DNA of 60,573 nucleotides, filler included, from Basidioascus undulatus (Eukaryota): NCBI GenBank assembly GCA_000826855.1. It is 5 parts of 5 records of this genome, joined end to end, with 100 filler letters (N's around TTAATTAATTAA, not from the genome) between each part and the next. Parts side by side here need not be neighbours in the genome. Positions count along the whole stretch, not along the records: positions 31,705 to 38,854 come from JTLS01001600.1; positions 38,955 to 46,094 come from JTLS01001601.1; positions 46,195 to 53,334 come from JTLS01001602.1; 2 more parts are not named here. One strand, 5' to 3'. The position numbers and the translations under genes were made by a program. A model generated the notes under the pieces. The model made no database searches. It was not told the DNA's origin and was given only the letters and a program-made list of their open reading frames with translations. This document shows positions 35,937-47,981 of the stretch, in pieces (position 1 is the stretch's first letter; the number at the start of each line of letters is the position of its first letter).

Positions 35937-36481
35937 TGCTTGCTATCAACTCCGTTGTTATACGGCCCATTATGGGTTTCTGGTTATTGTCGTCGTGGGG
36001 AAAGCAGAAGGCCTCATCCGATGAAAAAAATCAGTGGAAAAAACAGCGCTGTCAGCGACCGGCGAGCGATTTGAAACGCCCACGCAGGCCCCCGCGCTGT
36101 CAGCGCGCCTTCATTCTTCTGCGGAAACTTCCCGTCGCTCAATCGAAACCTGACTTCATGTACGCGAAGCGATGATGTTCTGGAAGGGGTCGGTGTGAGG
36201 GAGTGATGTGATGTGAGTGGGGCTGCGGCGAGTGGGTGAGCCGGGAATGGGGGATGGGTCCGAGCTTAATGGGGATGGCGGTCGACTGCGGACGAGAGGC
36301 GCGGGGGAGAAGGGACGATGGGAGAAGCAGGATGCAGAAAACAACGAGCGCAGTACCATGAGGGTTATAATCGTGTACATGTACAAGGTGGTAGTCGTCA
36401 CAGAGCCAGCGCCAGCGCCCAAACCGAGTCCAAAGAGTCCCAAAACCGAGTCCCAAACAAAGTCCTGCAGGCCCTCGCGTG

Positions 36482-37011
36482 CTATAGCTCTGTCACAACC
36501 CCCGCAGCTGAGTGGTTTGTTGCGCCGCCTCCAAGCGCGCGCGCCATGTCCCACCAGTCGGCGAGGACGGCGATCGTCTCGCGCTGGGCCTTGTCGGAGC
36601 CGAAGAGGTAGTACGCCGCGCGGGAGCGGAGGAAGGAGAGGTGGTGCGGGAGATAGAGGTACGCGGAGGTGAGGACGAGGGCGGTGAGGGAGATGAGGAG
36701 CGTCACTGGCGAAGGCAAGCAAGCGTGTCAGGTGCGTCTGTCTATCTTGCATGGGGAGGGGAACGACACGCACTGACGAGGACCTTCTCCCACGTCTCCA
36801 GCCTGGTTCCCCACCAACGCACTCAGTTCTGGCGGGGAGAGAGAGAGGAGGAAGAAGGGAGGAGGGGAGGGAACACGCACATCGCAAGCCCCCACGTCGC
36901 CTCGAAGCGGATCTTTGCGCGCCAGAGGTAGTGCGCGAGCGTGCCCTGCGGGGGCGGGTACGTCGACGAGGTGTAGTATGGTTGGAGGAGTTGGTGCTTG
37001 GTGTACGCCAT
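36482..37011 (-). CDS. Serine palmitoyltransferase small-subunit-like protein
   Basis: YLWRAKIRFEATWGLAM|LETWEKVLV..LTSAYLYLPHHLSFLRSRAAYYLFG, the typical fungal SPT_ssu-like pattern; 2 introns. Confidence 0.82.
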
Positions 37012-37268
37012 CGTGTGTGCGTTGAGATGCAGGGGGAGAGGGGTACACGATAAGAGTGGGTGGCGGATGAGAAGGAGAGGATATGAGGGAGAGCGACAAA
37101 GGTGCACTGAGCTGAGAGCGTGCACTCCTCAATCGTCGGCAGGCGGGGAACGAATCCGCCCCGCGATCAGGGCGCCGTGACTGTCGTACTGTAATTGTAG
37201 TAGCCTGACTTTACGCGTCGCAACACGCTGCTCTCTTCTGGCTGCTACTCACTCCCTACACGCTCGCG

Positions 37269-38854
37269 ATGCCCCCGCCCGCGCCCTCCTCATCGCGCCA
37301 TGCCTCATCTTCATCAACCAGAATGCCATCCACCTCAACCTCCGGGGCGTCAACGTCCACCGCGCGCGCGCCCGCACCGCCCGCGCCGATGACCCCCGGG
37401 CCGCACCGGCCGTCGTCGCGTATGGGGTTGTCGGCGAAGCAGCTCAAGCGCGTGCGTGTACCGCTGCAAACTGTGGGACGTGGAAGGAGAAAGCTGAGAT
37501 GAGAGAGTGAGGGAGGGCAGATGACGGACACGATTGCCTCCGCGCGCAAGCCTGCGTTTGCGGAGGGTGCGATACGGGAGGTAGACGCGGGGGATGATGG
37601 GCTGGGGGAGGTTGATGAAGAGGAGGGGGAGGATGAGTACCCGCATAAAGTGAACGGCGGCGGTGGGGGCGGACGAGATCGCGGGGAGAGATACGGTGCG
37701 CTCTCATCCTCTCAGCGTCTTCCTCCTCAAACTGAACCACTTGAAACGGGTGGAGCAGCCACCGCCGACCACTCCTTCTACCCCGAGCCGTCCTTCCTCC
37801 GCGCGCCCCTTAACTCGCGCGTCCCGCACTTCTCCCCTCGCCAGCCCACCCGCTCCTCTTTCATCTCCCCCACCTCCAAAGGGAAGGGTCGCAGCCCCAG
37901 TCTGGAGGGCGCCCCGCTCGAGGTGCAGGAGGCTGCGCTGCTCGAGGATTTGGAGTTCGTGCTGGTGGTGAGTGCGGGGACAGGAGGGGAAGAGGGAGGG
38001 AGGGAGGGGGAGGGGAAGCGGGGGAAAAGAGGAGAGGGGTGCTGATACGCATGGTGCGGTGGGGACGGATGGGATAGGGCATCGAGGGACAGTACATCAC
38101 TTTCCATCCTGACTACGCGCCCGAAGACGAGCGTGCGCGGCTCAAAGGCGCACGGTTCGTCGTGGACCGGTCTATCGGTACGTGTCCTCTCCCTCTCTGG
38201 CTCCCCTCCCCTTCCCTTCCTCCCCTTCTTCTTCCCTTCCTTCCCTCTGTCTTCCTTCCCTTGCTTCAGCAGCTGAGATGAGGTGCTGTGGAACAGACCC
38301 CTCCCTAGCGACCCTCACGCACCGCATCCTCCCCCTCGCAACGTCCTACACGTCCATTGCGGCGTTTGTCGAGCAGCGGAGCGCGATGGACTGGGGGTTG
38401 GTGAACCACGCGCTGTGCGCGGGGATTAGGGAGGCGCTGAAGGTGCGTCTTCCATTTCCCCCCTCCCCCCTTTTCCACCTCTCCTCTCTTTCCCCCTCTT
38501 CCCCCCTCCTGCTCCCTCGATCCACTCTAGACCTTCCCGGCCGCGACTGACAAACTCCCGAACCAATTGACGAACTCCCGCACTCCGCTGTCTCGCAGGA
38601 GTATCACCTCCTCCTCGCCCAGCTCGAATCCCTCTACTCCTCCTCCCCCCTCTACACGCTCCAAACTGCGTTCTTCCACCTCTCTCCCTCTTTGCACTCC
38701 CTCGCTTTGCTGCACGCGCTGGCCGAGGAGCTCGTGCGAATGGACGACCCGGACCTCTGGGAGGGCAGCAGCAGCGAAGAGGAGGAGAGTAGTGAAGACG
38801 AACTTATGGGAGAGGGGTTTAGGGAGGCGCTGAAGGGGATGCGGGCGGGCCCGG
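37269..38854 (+). CDS. SPC97: Gamma-tubulin complex component 2 (Spc97), 5' part; truncated by the contig end
   Basis: LEVQEAALLEDLEFVL|GIEGQYI, DPSLATLTHRILPLATSY..FVEQRS..GLVNHALCAGIR and EYHLLLAQLE (GRIP1 N-terminus). Confidence 0.87.
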
Positions 38855-38954
38855 NNNNNNNNNNNNNNNNNNNNNNNNNNNNNNNNNNNNNNNNNNNNTT
38901 AATTAATTAANNNNNNNNNNNNNNNNNNNNNNNNNNNNNNNNNNNNNNNNNNNN
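38855..38954. other. Artificial contig linker
   Basis: 44 N + TTAATTAATTAA + 44 N. Confidence 0.99.
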
Positions 38955-39017
38955 TCAAACCTCTCCTTTCTCCCCACACTCTCGCTCCTCCTCCTCTTCC
39001 TCCTCCCCAATCCTCAG

Positions 39018-39557
39018 ACCCCGAGTCTGATGGCCCCTGCGAACAAAGGCTCGGCCACGCCGCCGTCTTCCTCATCGGCTCCCCCATACGCGACGACCCC
39101 CGCGCGCCAACCGCAATCGTTCTCCGCAGCGGCGACGCGGTAGTCATGAGCGGGCCGGCGAGGCGGTGCTTCCATGGTGCGTCTTGCCTGCCCCCCTCCA
39201 GCATGGGCAACGAGGACTGACGATGAGCGGACAGGCGTCCCGCGCATTTTGGAGAACTCTTTACCCGCGCATCTTTCACCCGAATCGCTCGACCCGGAAG
39301 AGGGTGAGGGGGAAGAAGACCCGTGGGAGCCTTACGGGAGGTTCATGTCGCATGCGCGGTACATCCGGCTCTTCCATTCCCCACGTCCCCACATCTCTCC
39401 TCCCCCTCTCGGCACTGACCACAGGCCTGTGCGACGCAGGATCAACATCAATGTCCGCCAGACGGGCTTGAGTAAGGAAGAGATTGATCGGATTGTGGAG
39501 GAGATGGGGGGACCGAGACCGACTGTGCGGAAGGAGGAGGGGGCGGGTGCGGCTTGA
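39018..39557 (+). CDS. ALKBH1: AlkB-family Fe(II)/2OG dioxygenase (ALKBH1-like), 3' part only
   Basis: LGHAAVFLIG..PTAIVLRSGDAVVMSGPARRCFH|GVPRILE...RININVRQ. Confidence 0.82.
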
Positions 39558-40372
39558 GTGTAGCGAGAAAGGAGAGAGGGGCAATGTGCGGATGGGCGGA
39601 GTGGATGGATTGGCACGGGTTTGTTTCTCTGAACGTGCGCATCGGCTCTTCCAGTCGCGGCAGCTGTGTATTCGGTTCGTAAGGAGGACGGCTCACTGCA
39701 TGGGGATAAGCGGCATCTGCAAACGGCCGGAATCTCAGGATGTTTTGCTCCTCAGAGAGTTGACGTTGCAACTTCGCATCGATGTTCGTTTGTTTCTTCT
39801 GTGACCAACGAGCATCTGACGCTGTCATCCGTGCCTCTGCATCGTGCGATGGGACTCTGTCCGACAGATGGTCAAGGAGGCGCTCCTGACGCCGAATCAG
39901 TTTCACCACCCTCATTCCAAGCTCATTCCAAGCTTGAACCTGCCTCTTCTCCGGCCTTCACATCCCCAGCCCGCACTGCATACAGCGTAGTAACAGCAAG
40001 AAAGCAGCGCTGCAACATCCCGCGCGGGCGCCGCCCACCGCTCGGACGCAGCGACGCGCAATGTCCGCTAGCGCGTTGCGCACGCTCACTTGGCGCAGAT
40101 CAGTGATAGACGAGTGCCTGGAAACGTGCCTTGCGATACGACGCTGATCAAGCTGAAGCTTGAAGTTTGTTACTGACCCCCTCGAGCCTCGAGGCGCATC
40201 GCGTAAGAGTCGGATCCGGACGTGCAAGCGTGGGCGATAAGCTGTCTCGCGCATATAAAACCCCCTGCTTCATCTCTGCCTTCTCCCTCGTCCTCCCCAG
40301 CCCAGTCGATCCCGGAAGATACCCCATCTCCTCTCTCTCTCGCTTTCAGTCTACATCCCCGAGAGAAGCAAT

Positions 40373-41514
40373 ATGGTCGCCTTCACCGCCGCCCTCGTCC
40401 TCGCCGCCCTCCCCTTCCTCGCCTCCGCCGCGCCCGCGTCGAACCAGCTCGAGGGCCGAGCGCTCCCTACCCCTTACTCGGCTGCGACCGCCCGAAGCGC
40501 GCTCGCTGGCCTGACTGTGAGGGCTGAGGCGAACGCGGCTACTTATGATCGCGATGCGTGAGTCGTTCTTCCCGCTTGTTCCCGACTTTTGATCTGGGGA
40601 GCTAACGGGAATGACTGCACGGCAGGTTCAATCACTGGATCACTATCAGTGGGTCGTGCGACACCCGCGAGGTATACCGTTATTCTTCTTGGAGGCACTG
40701 CATGAGCAGCTCACTCACAACCGCCAACGCTCGCAGACTGTCCTCAAGCGCGATGGCACCAACGTCGTGCAGAGCTCGAGCTGCTCGGCCACCTCTGGCA
40801 GCTGGCGGAGCGCTTACGACGTGCGTTTAGATTTTTATACCTCCTTTGCAGTGTATAGTCGGAACTGTAGCTGAAAGCAATCATGACGCGGTCTGCAGGG
40901 CGTGACCACTTCGGACGCGAGCTCGTTCGACATTGACCACGTCGTGAGCACCCCTTTTTCCCCTTGAAATGATACCTCCGAGCATGGAACGAAGACTGAT
41001 CCGACCAACTGTCTGTCCGGGACAGATCCCCCTCGCTGAGGCCTGGCGCTCGGGCGCGTCGAGCTGGACTGCGTCGACCCGCCAGGCGTTTGCCAACGAC
41101 CGTGAGCGGACCCTCCATCGTACATAGCAACAAAAACTAACAATTCCCACTTAACAGTGACTCGTCCCCAGCTCATCGCCGTCTCGGCCTCGTCCAACCG
41201 CTCCAAGGGCGACCAGGACCCTGCCAACTGGCTGCCGTTCGTGTCTCCCTTTCATGATTTCCCTTCTCCCATTCAAGCCTACACAGAGTGCCTCCTGAGT
41301 CCTGACTGAGTAATTTGTCCTTTAGGCCCCTCTCCTCCTACCACTGCACCTACGCCCGCGCATGGGTCCAGGTCAAGGCAAGTCAATCATTCCCAGTTTT
41401 TCTGACTCTGAATTCTGACAGAAATGAATCGATGGGGTTGAACAGGACTATTACAACCTCAGCGTCGACTCCGCCGAGAAGTCCGCCCTCCAGTCGATCC
41501 TCAACGGCTGCTAG
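40373..41514 (+). CDS. Secreted HNH-type nuclease-like protein (DUF1524 family)
   Basis: Signal peptide; YDRDAF.HW..CDTRETVLKRDG..GSWRSAYDG..DIDHVIPLAEAWRSGA..FAND..QLIAVSASSNRSKGDQDPANWLP..CTYARAWVQVK.YYNLSVD.AEK.AL; TATAAAA at about 40254. Confidence 0.9.
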
Positions 41515-41909
41515 ACGCACCGCAGCGCCCGCATGGGAAGTTGGCTGTCTACAGGGCTGCCGCAGCGGCCGGCGTGACCTCCTCCTGGGCTTCCGCCTTC
41601 TTTTCTCTTGTTCTCGGGTTTAGTGAATACATTGATTACTTCGAATACCTTTACCAAGCCTTTACTCGGAAAGGCTGCCTCCTTCGTGTCTCTCTGTGTG
41701 CTATTGGCGAGAACTTTTTTCGTTCACTATTCTTCGCGAGTCCAGCTCTTCCGGCGGTCCGTGATTGTCCGACGAAGCCAATGTGCTCCTCCGAGTTCGC
41801 TTTCAACCTGTAGTCGATATTACAGGGTCCATTGGATGAAGGTCTAAGAGAACATGGAGCTTTTCGTTTGTGTGTCAGAATGATGCCTAACATGAAGCAA
41901 CAGACTTTT

Positions 41910-43762
41910 TCAGGACGTTGCGCTCTTTGCCGGCAGGCAGAAAACTGAGGGCGGATTCAAGCTGGTTCTCCGTTGATCTATAAATGGTTCAAGCATAGGT
42001 ATGGCTCTGGCGACCTCCGAGTCCGTCACCTTGACCTGGCAGAACCACTTGCGCCGCGGCCAATCCCTTTCACACAGAGCCCACGTTAACAGCGCTGGCT
42101 CTATTACAACCGATAAAGAATCATTAGGTATTTGAAGAACGTACGATTTCTGGTGGTCCGCGTAACAATACCGCATTCCGGAGCACCTCCCGAACCCGCA
42201 GCGTTTCCAGCCCTAACCTTCGCAGTCCAGTAGGCCGCAGACGCGTCCCTTGCTGACAAGCTGGAGCAGGGTATTCCAGACGTCCGCAAAAATGGGTCGA
42301 TATCGGCGCCGAGCAAGAAGTGCATGAGGGTACGGGTAGGGTAATCCGGGCGTTGAGAGCGCGCAAACGCCAGGGCGCGGTGGGGTCCTCGAGGACGTAT
42401 GGGGCAGAGTGCAGACGAAGCGCGAGGTGATGGAGATACTGGCTCATCGCTTCGAGGATACAGCGGTAGAGCCCTGTATGGAATTGTATAAAGATCTTGT
42501 CGGAAGGCGATGTATGGACCATGCTGGACCATATTCACTTACTGTGGTATTGCATCGGCACGAGATGGATGCGTAGACCGAGGCCGCTCGCCGCCTGCCA
42601 AAGACCGTCGTTGACCCATCTTCCCATCACGACCCTTTGATGTCACAAAGGGAGGTATAATAATAAAATTATTGTGGTTTACATACCTCCACCACACTAA
42701 CCTGTCAACGTGCGCAAGGTCGATTATTATGGCGAGTATCAGCAACGCAGACACAAGGACGAAGGGCCGGGATAGCCCGTCCCACGGCGGCGTGTCGAGC
42801 TCATCCACGAGATACGTCAGAAAGGCCTTCCAGATGAGAGGGTGCTCCGCCCGACTGAGCTCTGGGTCGCGAGCTTGGCGCATTGGGCCGATCGTGGAAA
42901 CAGCGAAAAAAGCTGGTCGCGAGCCTTGAAGCGCTGGGAAAAGAAAATGCGCGAGGCGTGATCGAGGATGTCTTCGAATGAGCTGCTAGCTAAGAAGGTC
43001 TCCAAAGCGGGCGCGCGATCGGAAGAAGGGTAGTTGTTCCCGAGGATTTTGCAGAGGGGCTCCATGGCAAGGTCGATATCGTCGTCTGATGGCGAGGTGT
43101 GCAGCCAGATGTGAGCAGCGAGCGGTATGAGGTGAATCTACGTAGACCCACTAACGCATGAGCACTTGAGTAGCCGCCTGTATCACAAGGCGATCATACT
43201 CTCGGAGTTCCCCAAAGGATTTCACGGCTTGCATCTAAACAAACCCGGTGAGACCACTTTCGCCGCCCAGTTTGTCACGGGTCAGCGAAGATGTGTCGTT
43301 CCAAATCTGTAAATGGACGAGGAGACTATCAAGGTTTTTCTGTGAGTAGTAACATAAGCCACCTCTTACATGTTCAAGCATCTTCGGGAAACTCTCGACG
43401 GAACGGGACTTGGTCTCCTCCGAGAAGCAATACCCGCGCTCTCGCGCTGCCAAGAGCACGCTGATGCACGAAGGGGAGGGAAGACGCCCGCCCGCTCGAC
43501 CATTTCCTGCACGTTGAATCACTTCAGCTCACGGATACGCCGGCTGCTACACTTTTTGACGCACAGCTCCTTTAGTGTAGGCCAGTCCGAAGTTGACGAG
43601 AGGAAGGACTTCGAAGTCGTCCGCAGAATGATTTAGATCGCGAAGCCTTCTGATGAAGCCCGCTGGGTCATAAATGGCGCGCAGCGCCTGCCTCTCTACG
43701 CGCCGGTCCTTGAGGGGAGGGTTTGGTTGGTAAAAGACTGTGGACTGTGCGTTATGGCTCAT
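41910..43762 (-). pseudogene. Degenerate gene with a C-terminal MYND-finger-like remnant
   Basis: Protein-like fragments in shifting frames with stops; PECG/MRYCYADHQKS...DWPRRKWFC resembles the MYND YCS..HQK.DW..HK..C motif. Confidence 0.5.
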
Positions 43763-45882
43763 GTTGCATCAACGAGGGTGATGGTGGGCAATGTAGCACG
43801 AGGACGGCTTGCGCTCGAGCTGCTCCGCGGCCCTTGCTTCCTCGCCGGGGGGCAAACGGCGAGGAGGCTTTGCCCGAATGGAGGTAAGCTCGAAGTACTG
43901 ATTTGTTCCGATAACTACCGGGAAAGGAGTACGACCACAGAAACCGCGCGGCCGAGGTTGCCCCTTCCCCCGGGAGCAATCGCTGTATTGACCGCTTTAT
44001 ACAAACAGAAAAAGGAGACGGTAGGACCTTGACGGGCATATGAAGCGCAGTTGAGCGCTAAGCAGTTGATCAGTTACGCGGCGGGCACCCTTGACAGGGA
44101 GGCTGAGAAATCGTCCTCATATCTAAAGCCACACCTACCAAGCCTACGTCCCCCATGACTTATTCATTGCTACAACCTTCTACTGAACTGTTCGAAGATT
44201 TATTCGGGTTACCCAGAGCCATTCTGGTCCTACGAGGTCGAGCACATCTTTCCGCCGACTGGAAGACATCATATCTTACGGCGTACTTACGGCGTACCAT
44301 GCGAGCTTCGTGACAGACGAGGGGATCAAAAAGATTCACCATAATAAGCTATACAGTTGAAAGATATAAATCTTGGCCAAGTAAGCCTGCCTCATATCTG
44401 CAAAGAGGAAAGGGGCTATCAAGACGGACGAGGACGTCCTACGCCGCCTGGGCTTGTCCGGCCTGGACAGAACGTGGAAAATGGACGGCCAAGTCATTTT
44501 TCAGTCTTTCTAGTCTTCCTTATGCATTTTCGTTGAGGAAGTTTCTTTCCCGAATAACCCACTCAGGTGCCTTATTCAACGCGAGCACCAGCGTTGACAA
44601 CATCGCGACGGTTTCCAGCACTGTAATGACCTGTCCCTCTCACTTGCATCCTCCTTCCAACGCATTTCATGTACCGAGACATCAACAGTTCGGTACCACA
44701 GTGTAGTGTCCCTCTGCTATGTTGCCCTAAGGCCCCGGTTCGCCGACGACACGTTCGCAACCCCTCGCAGGGAGAGCTGGCTGAGCTGCACAACGACTCG
44801 ACGTCCTTGCGTTGCTCGGCTCATGGCGGTAACGGCGTGGGGAAGAAACTGCTCGCTATATTTGCCATTGGGTCCGGGTGTTGTGTGGCTCCGCTTGAAG
44901 TGGATGCACGAACACTTGTACCTACAGCAACATACGCTCGTCCCTCCCGCCATAGCAGTCAAGGGTGAACCTGCGCCCGCAGCGGCTTTACATGGAGCTC
45001 GAAGCCAACCCTGAGAATCGCTTTTACCGACCACGCTTCGTAAGCCGTCGTCGTGTGAGGCTTTGGCCGATCCACAAGACGAAGCGCCCAAATGGCAGCC
45101 GAAGTGGGTACCAGCCCATCCGCATGATCTCGTCAACGACTCGCGCGTGCAACTTTCGTTCTGGTTTTTGTGGAAGTTCCTGAGCAATCAGTCCCGGGTG
45201 TGTCTTGTTCCTGCGCACTCCGTCGACTGTGCATGGCAGTGAAGCGCACCCGTAAGTGACGGAAAGCGACAAGAGGCGCATCGCATCAGGGGAATCAGGC
45301 TCGACGCTGTGTAGGAGAGGGGGGAGAGTGCACGCCGCGGCGGGCGAGTAGCCAGTGCGCGAAGCGCGGGAAGGGCAGATAGATATCTCAACCAAACCAC
45401 CTCCTCCGGCTTCTCCGGACTCGGAAGCCGATCGATCGAGCGGCGCAGGTCTTTGTCGTTTTGCGGACAGAATAGGCGGTGGAAGATGAAGCATGGGCCA
45501 TCGAATCCCGGCATTGATTTGGTAAGTCCGATCAAGTGAAAGAAGAGGGAGACGGCGAACGTCCGTTCTGATTGGGGACTCGGAAGGTGATAGAGCCGAT
45601 GAGCAGAGAGAGCCGAGTGGCGGGCGAATAGCAAGTGAACCGGGCTCGGAACGGACCGAAGACGATCGAGCGGCGAGGGCCTGCTCGCGATCCTTCAGGC
45701 AGGGGTGCGGAACCGCTCATAAATCGAGTGCCGCAAGCGAGAGGGTGAGTCCGCTGGCGAGCGTGCCGTCTCACATTCCGAAGTCGATCTCGGGAGAGCC
45801 CCGCAAGCTGGTCGAGTCCGACCAGCCAGCCACCCCGCTCCCAAGCCCATCCTTTACACATAATCCATATCACCCCGCCGCC

Positions 45883-46094
45883 CTAGTCCGCAAACACCTG
45901 CACCAAATGCTGGCTGACGCCCTCGCTTGTCAGAATCCCAATGTCCGAAAACACGAGCGTGATGAGCTCCGGCGTCGTGTAGTCTACGGCGGGATTGAGC
46001 GCGAGCTGCTCGGGCGTCAGCTCCTTCCCATTTTTCTTTCCATTCTCGTTCTCGTTCCCGTTCTCGGGGGAGGTGGAGGAAGTGGAGGGGGAAG
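45883..46094 (-). CDS. GCN3: eIF2B alpha subunit, C-terminal fragment
   Basis: LTPEQLALNPAVDYTTPELITLVFSDIGILTSEGVSQHLVQVFAD* matches the eIF2B-alpha C-terminus. Confidence 0.8.
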
Positions 46095-46194
46095 NNNNNN
46101 NNNNNNNNNNNNNNNNNNNNNNNNNNNNNNNNNNNNNNTTAATTAATTAANNNNNNNNNNNNNNNNNNNNNNNNNNNNNNNNNNNNNNNNNNNN
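46095..46194. other. Artificial contig linker
   Basis: 44 N + TTAATTAATTAA + 44 N. Confidence 0.99.
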
Positions 46195-47925
46195 CTTCCG
46201 ATCTACCTACACGCGTTTCCCACCCTCACCCCCGACCCCTTCTCCACCGCCAACTTCCCCGACGTGCCTCTTTCGCCGCCTGCGCCTATCCGACCCTCCC
46301 ACCAAACGCTCTCGCGCCTGCGCACGCGGGCCGCCGCGCTCTCGCACCTGCACACCTCCCTCTCCTCCCCCACCGTGCGGCACAGTCCCTCCACCCTCTT
46401 CTCCGCGCTCCAAGCGCTCCTGGATGACCCCACCGCGCCGCGTCCGACGGCAGGCGAGCTGCGTGCTGTCCTGCGGGCGTTCGCTCGCGTGCGCCCGACG
46501 AAAAGAGAGACGCTGCAGATGTGTTTGACCGTGCTGGGCGAGCTGCGGCGCGCGGGGGCGAGCGCCCCGCCCGACCGCGCAGTCGTGATCGAGCGGTATG
46601 CCCTTTCCGCGCGGACGCCGAGCGAGGAAGACCTGCGCGAGGGGCTGGCGGTCTTCGGGGAGTCCTCATCCACCTCTTCCTCCGCCGCACGCAGACCGGA
46701 CCCAGTCTACTTCGCGCTCCTCGCACTCGCCTCACGCGCGGGCCCCAAGGGCGCACAGATGTTCGAGCTCGTCTCGTCCCTGATCGAGCAGCGCGGGTGG
46801 GGCGCCCACGCGCGCGTGCACCTTGCGCACCTCGCGCGGATCGCGCGTGCCCGCGGCGGTAGGTGCGCGGGGGAGGTCAGGGGGGTGGTGGATGCTGCGC
46901 TGCGGGAGGGGGTCGTCGGCGCGGGGAAGAGGGAGAGCGTGTTCTGGACGGCGGTGATTTGGGCATATGCGCGGAGCGCGAGGGGCGCGGACGGGCCGGG
47001 CTGGTTGCGGACGGCGACGGCCTTGTACGAGGCGTGGAGGCGGCATGTTGTGGGGCTTTCTGCCCTCCCGGAAGACAGCACAACGGACCACCCCATCCTC
47101 TCCCTGCCCCACTTCGCCTTCGGCTCGCACCTCCCCCCGCCCCCCTACGCACTGTACCACGCGCTGATCCAAGCGCACGCGTCGTTGGGCGACCTGCGCG
47201 GGGCGCTCTCCCTCCTGCGGGACATGGTGGACCCCTCTTCCTGGCCCTCATCCCCCTCCTCCCCCTCCCGCCCGCCGCCGCCCACGCACGCCCCCGGCCT
47301 GTCGATGTACCACGCGCTGTTCATGGGCTTCGCACGCGCGGCAATCGGCCGGCAGGCGGGTGGGGGGTTCTTGCCTGTTATGCGCGAGGGGGGCGGGGGG
47401 TGGAGGGGCCAGGTGCGCGGGAGGGAGGAGCGTGTATGGAACGTGTTTGAGCGGGCGGGGTCGGGCGAGCATGCCCAAGAGGAACAGGACGACCCGTGGA
47501 CGCTGGACACGCTTCTGGCGCTCTATAACTCGTACATCTCCACCACGCCCTCCCCTGCCGCTCCCGCCTCCTCCTCCCGCACCAGCGCCCAGCGCCCCCC
47601 GCCCCTCAGCCCGGCCGAGCCGCCCCTCCGCGCGCCCACCCCCCGCGCAGTGTTCTTTCTCCTCCTCGCGCTAGACCGGACGTCTGCGGGCGACGCGGCG
47701 CTGCTCCAGCGCGTGTGGTGCGAGCTGTGCGACAAGTTTGACGGGTGGGAGGGGTGGGAGAGGATGGAGAGGGAGCGGAGGGTGAGGCGCGTTGTGGAGA
47801 GGATCGAGGAGGAGGTGCGGGTGAGACGGAAGGGGGAGAGGATTGAGGAGGAGGTGCGGGAGAGGGGGATGGGGAGACGGGCGAGAGCTAGGGCGAAGGG
47901 AGGGGATGAGAGCACGCGGGTTTGA
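46195..47925 (+). CDS. Pentatricopeptide-repeat-like protein, 5'-truncated, one long exon
   Basis: Open frame of at least 553 aa with PPR-like units SVFWTAVIWAYAR, YALYHALIQAHASLGDLRGALSLLRDM and LSMYHALFMGFAR. Confidence 0.7.
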   Translation, partial: LPIYLHAFPTLTPDPFSTANFPDVPLSPPAPIRPSHQTLSRLRTRAAALSHLHTSLSSPTVRHSPSTLFSALQALLDDPTAPRPTAGELRAVLRAFARVRPTKRETLQMCLTVLGELRRAGASAPPDRAVVIERYALSARTPSEEDLREGLAVFGESSSTSSSAARRPDPVYFALLALASRAGPKGAQMFELVSSLIEQRGWGAHARVHLAHLARIARARGGRCAGEVRGVVDAALREGVVGAGKRESVFWTAVIWAYARSARGADGPGWLRTATALYEAWRRHVVGLSALPEDSTTDHPILSLPHFAFGSHLPPPPYALYHALIQAHASLGDLRGALSLLRDMVDPSSWPSSPSSPSRPPPPTHAPGLSMYHALFMGFARAAIGRQAGGGFLPVMREGGGGWRGQVRGREERVWNVFERAGSGEHAQEEQDDPWTLDTLLALYNSYISTTPSPAAPASSSRTSAQRPPPLSPAEPPLRAPTPRAVFFLLLALDRTSAGDAALLQRVWCELCDKFDGWEGWERMERERRVRRVVERIEEEVRVRRKGERIEEEVRERGMGRRARARAKGGDESTRV

Positions 47926-47981
47926 TAAAGATTAAGATGGAGATTGACATGAAGATTGATCGGATGCGGTTGCAAGTGATT

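Noticed and set aside
24009..37011. Apparent sphingolipid cluster (ceramide synthase plus SPT small subunit)
   Set aside because: The genes are on different contigs; their proximity comes from concatenation.
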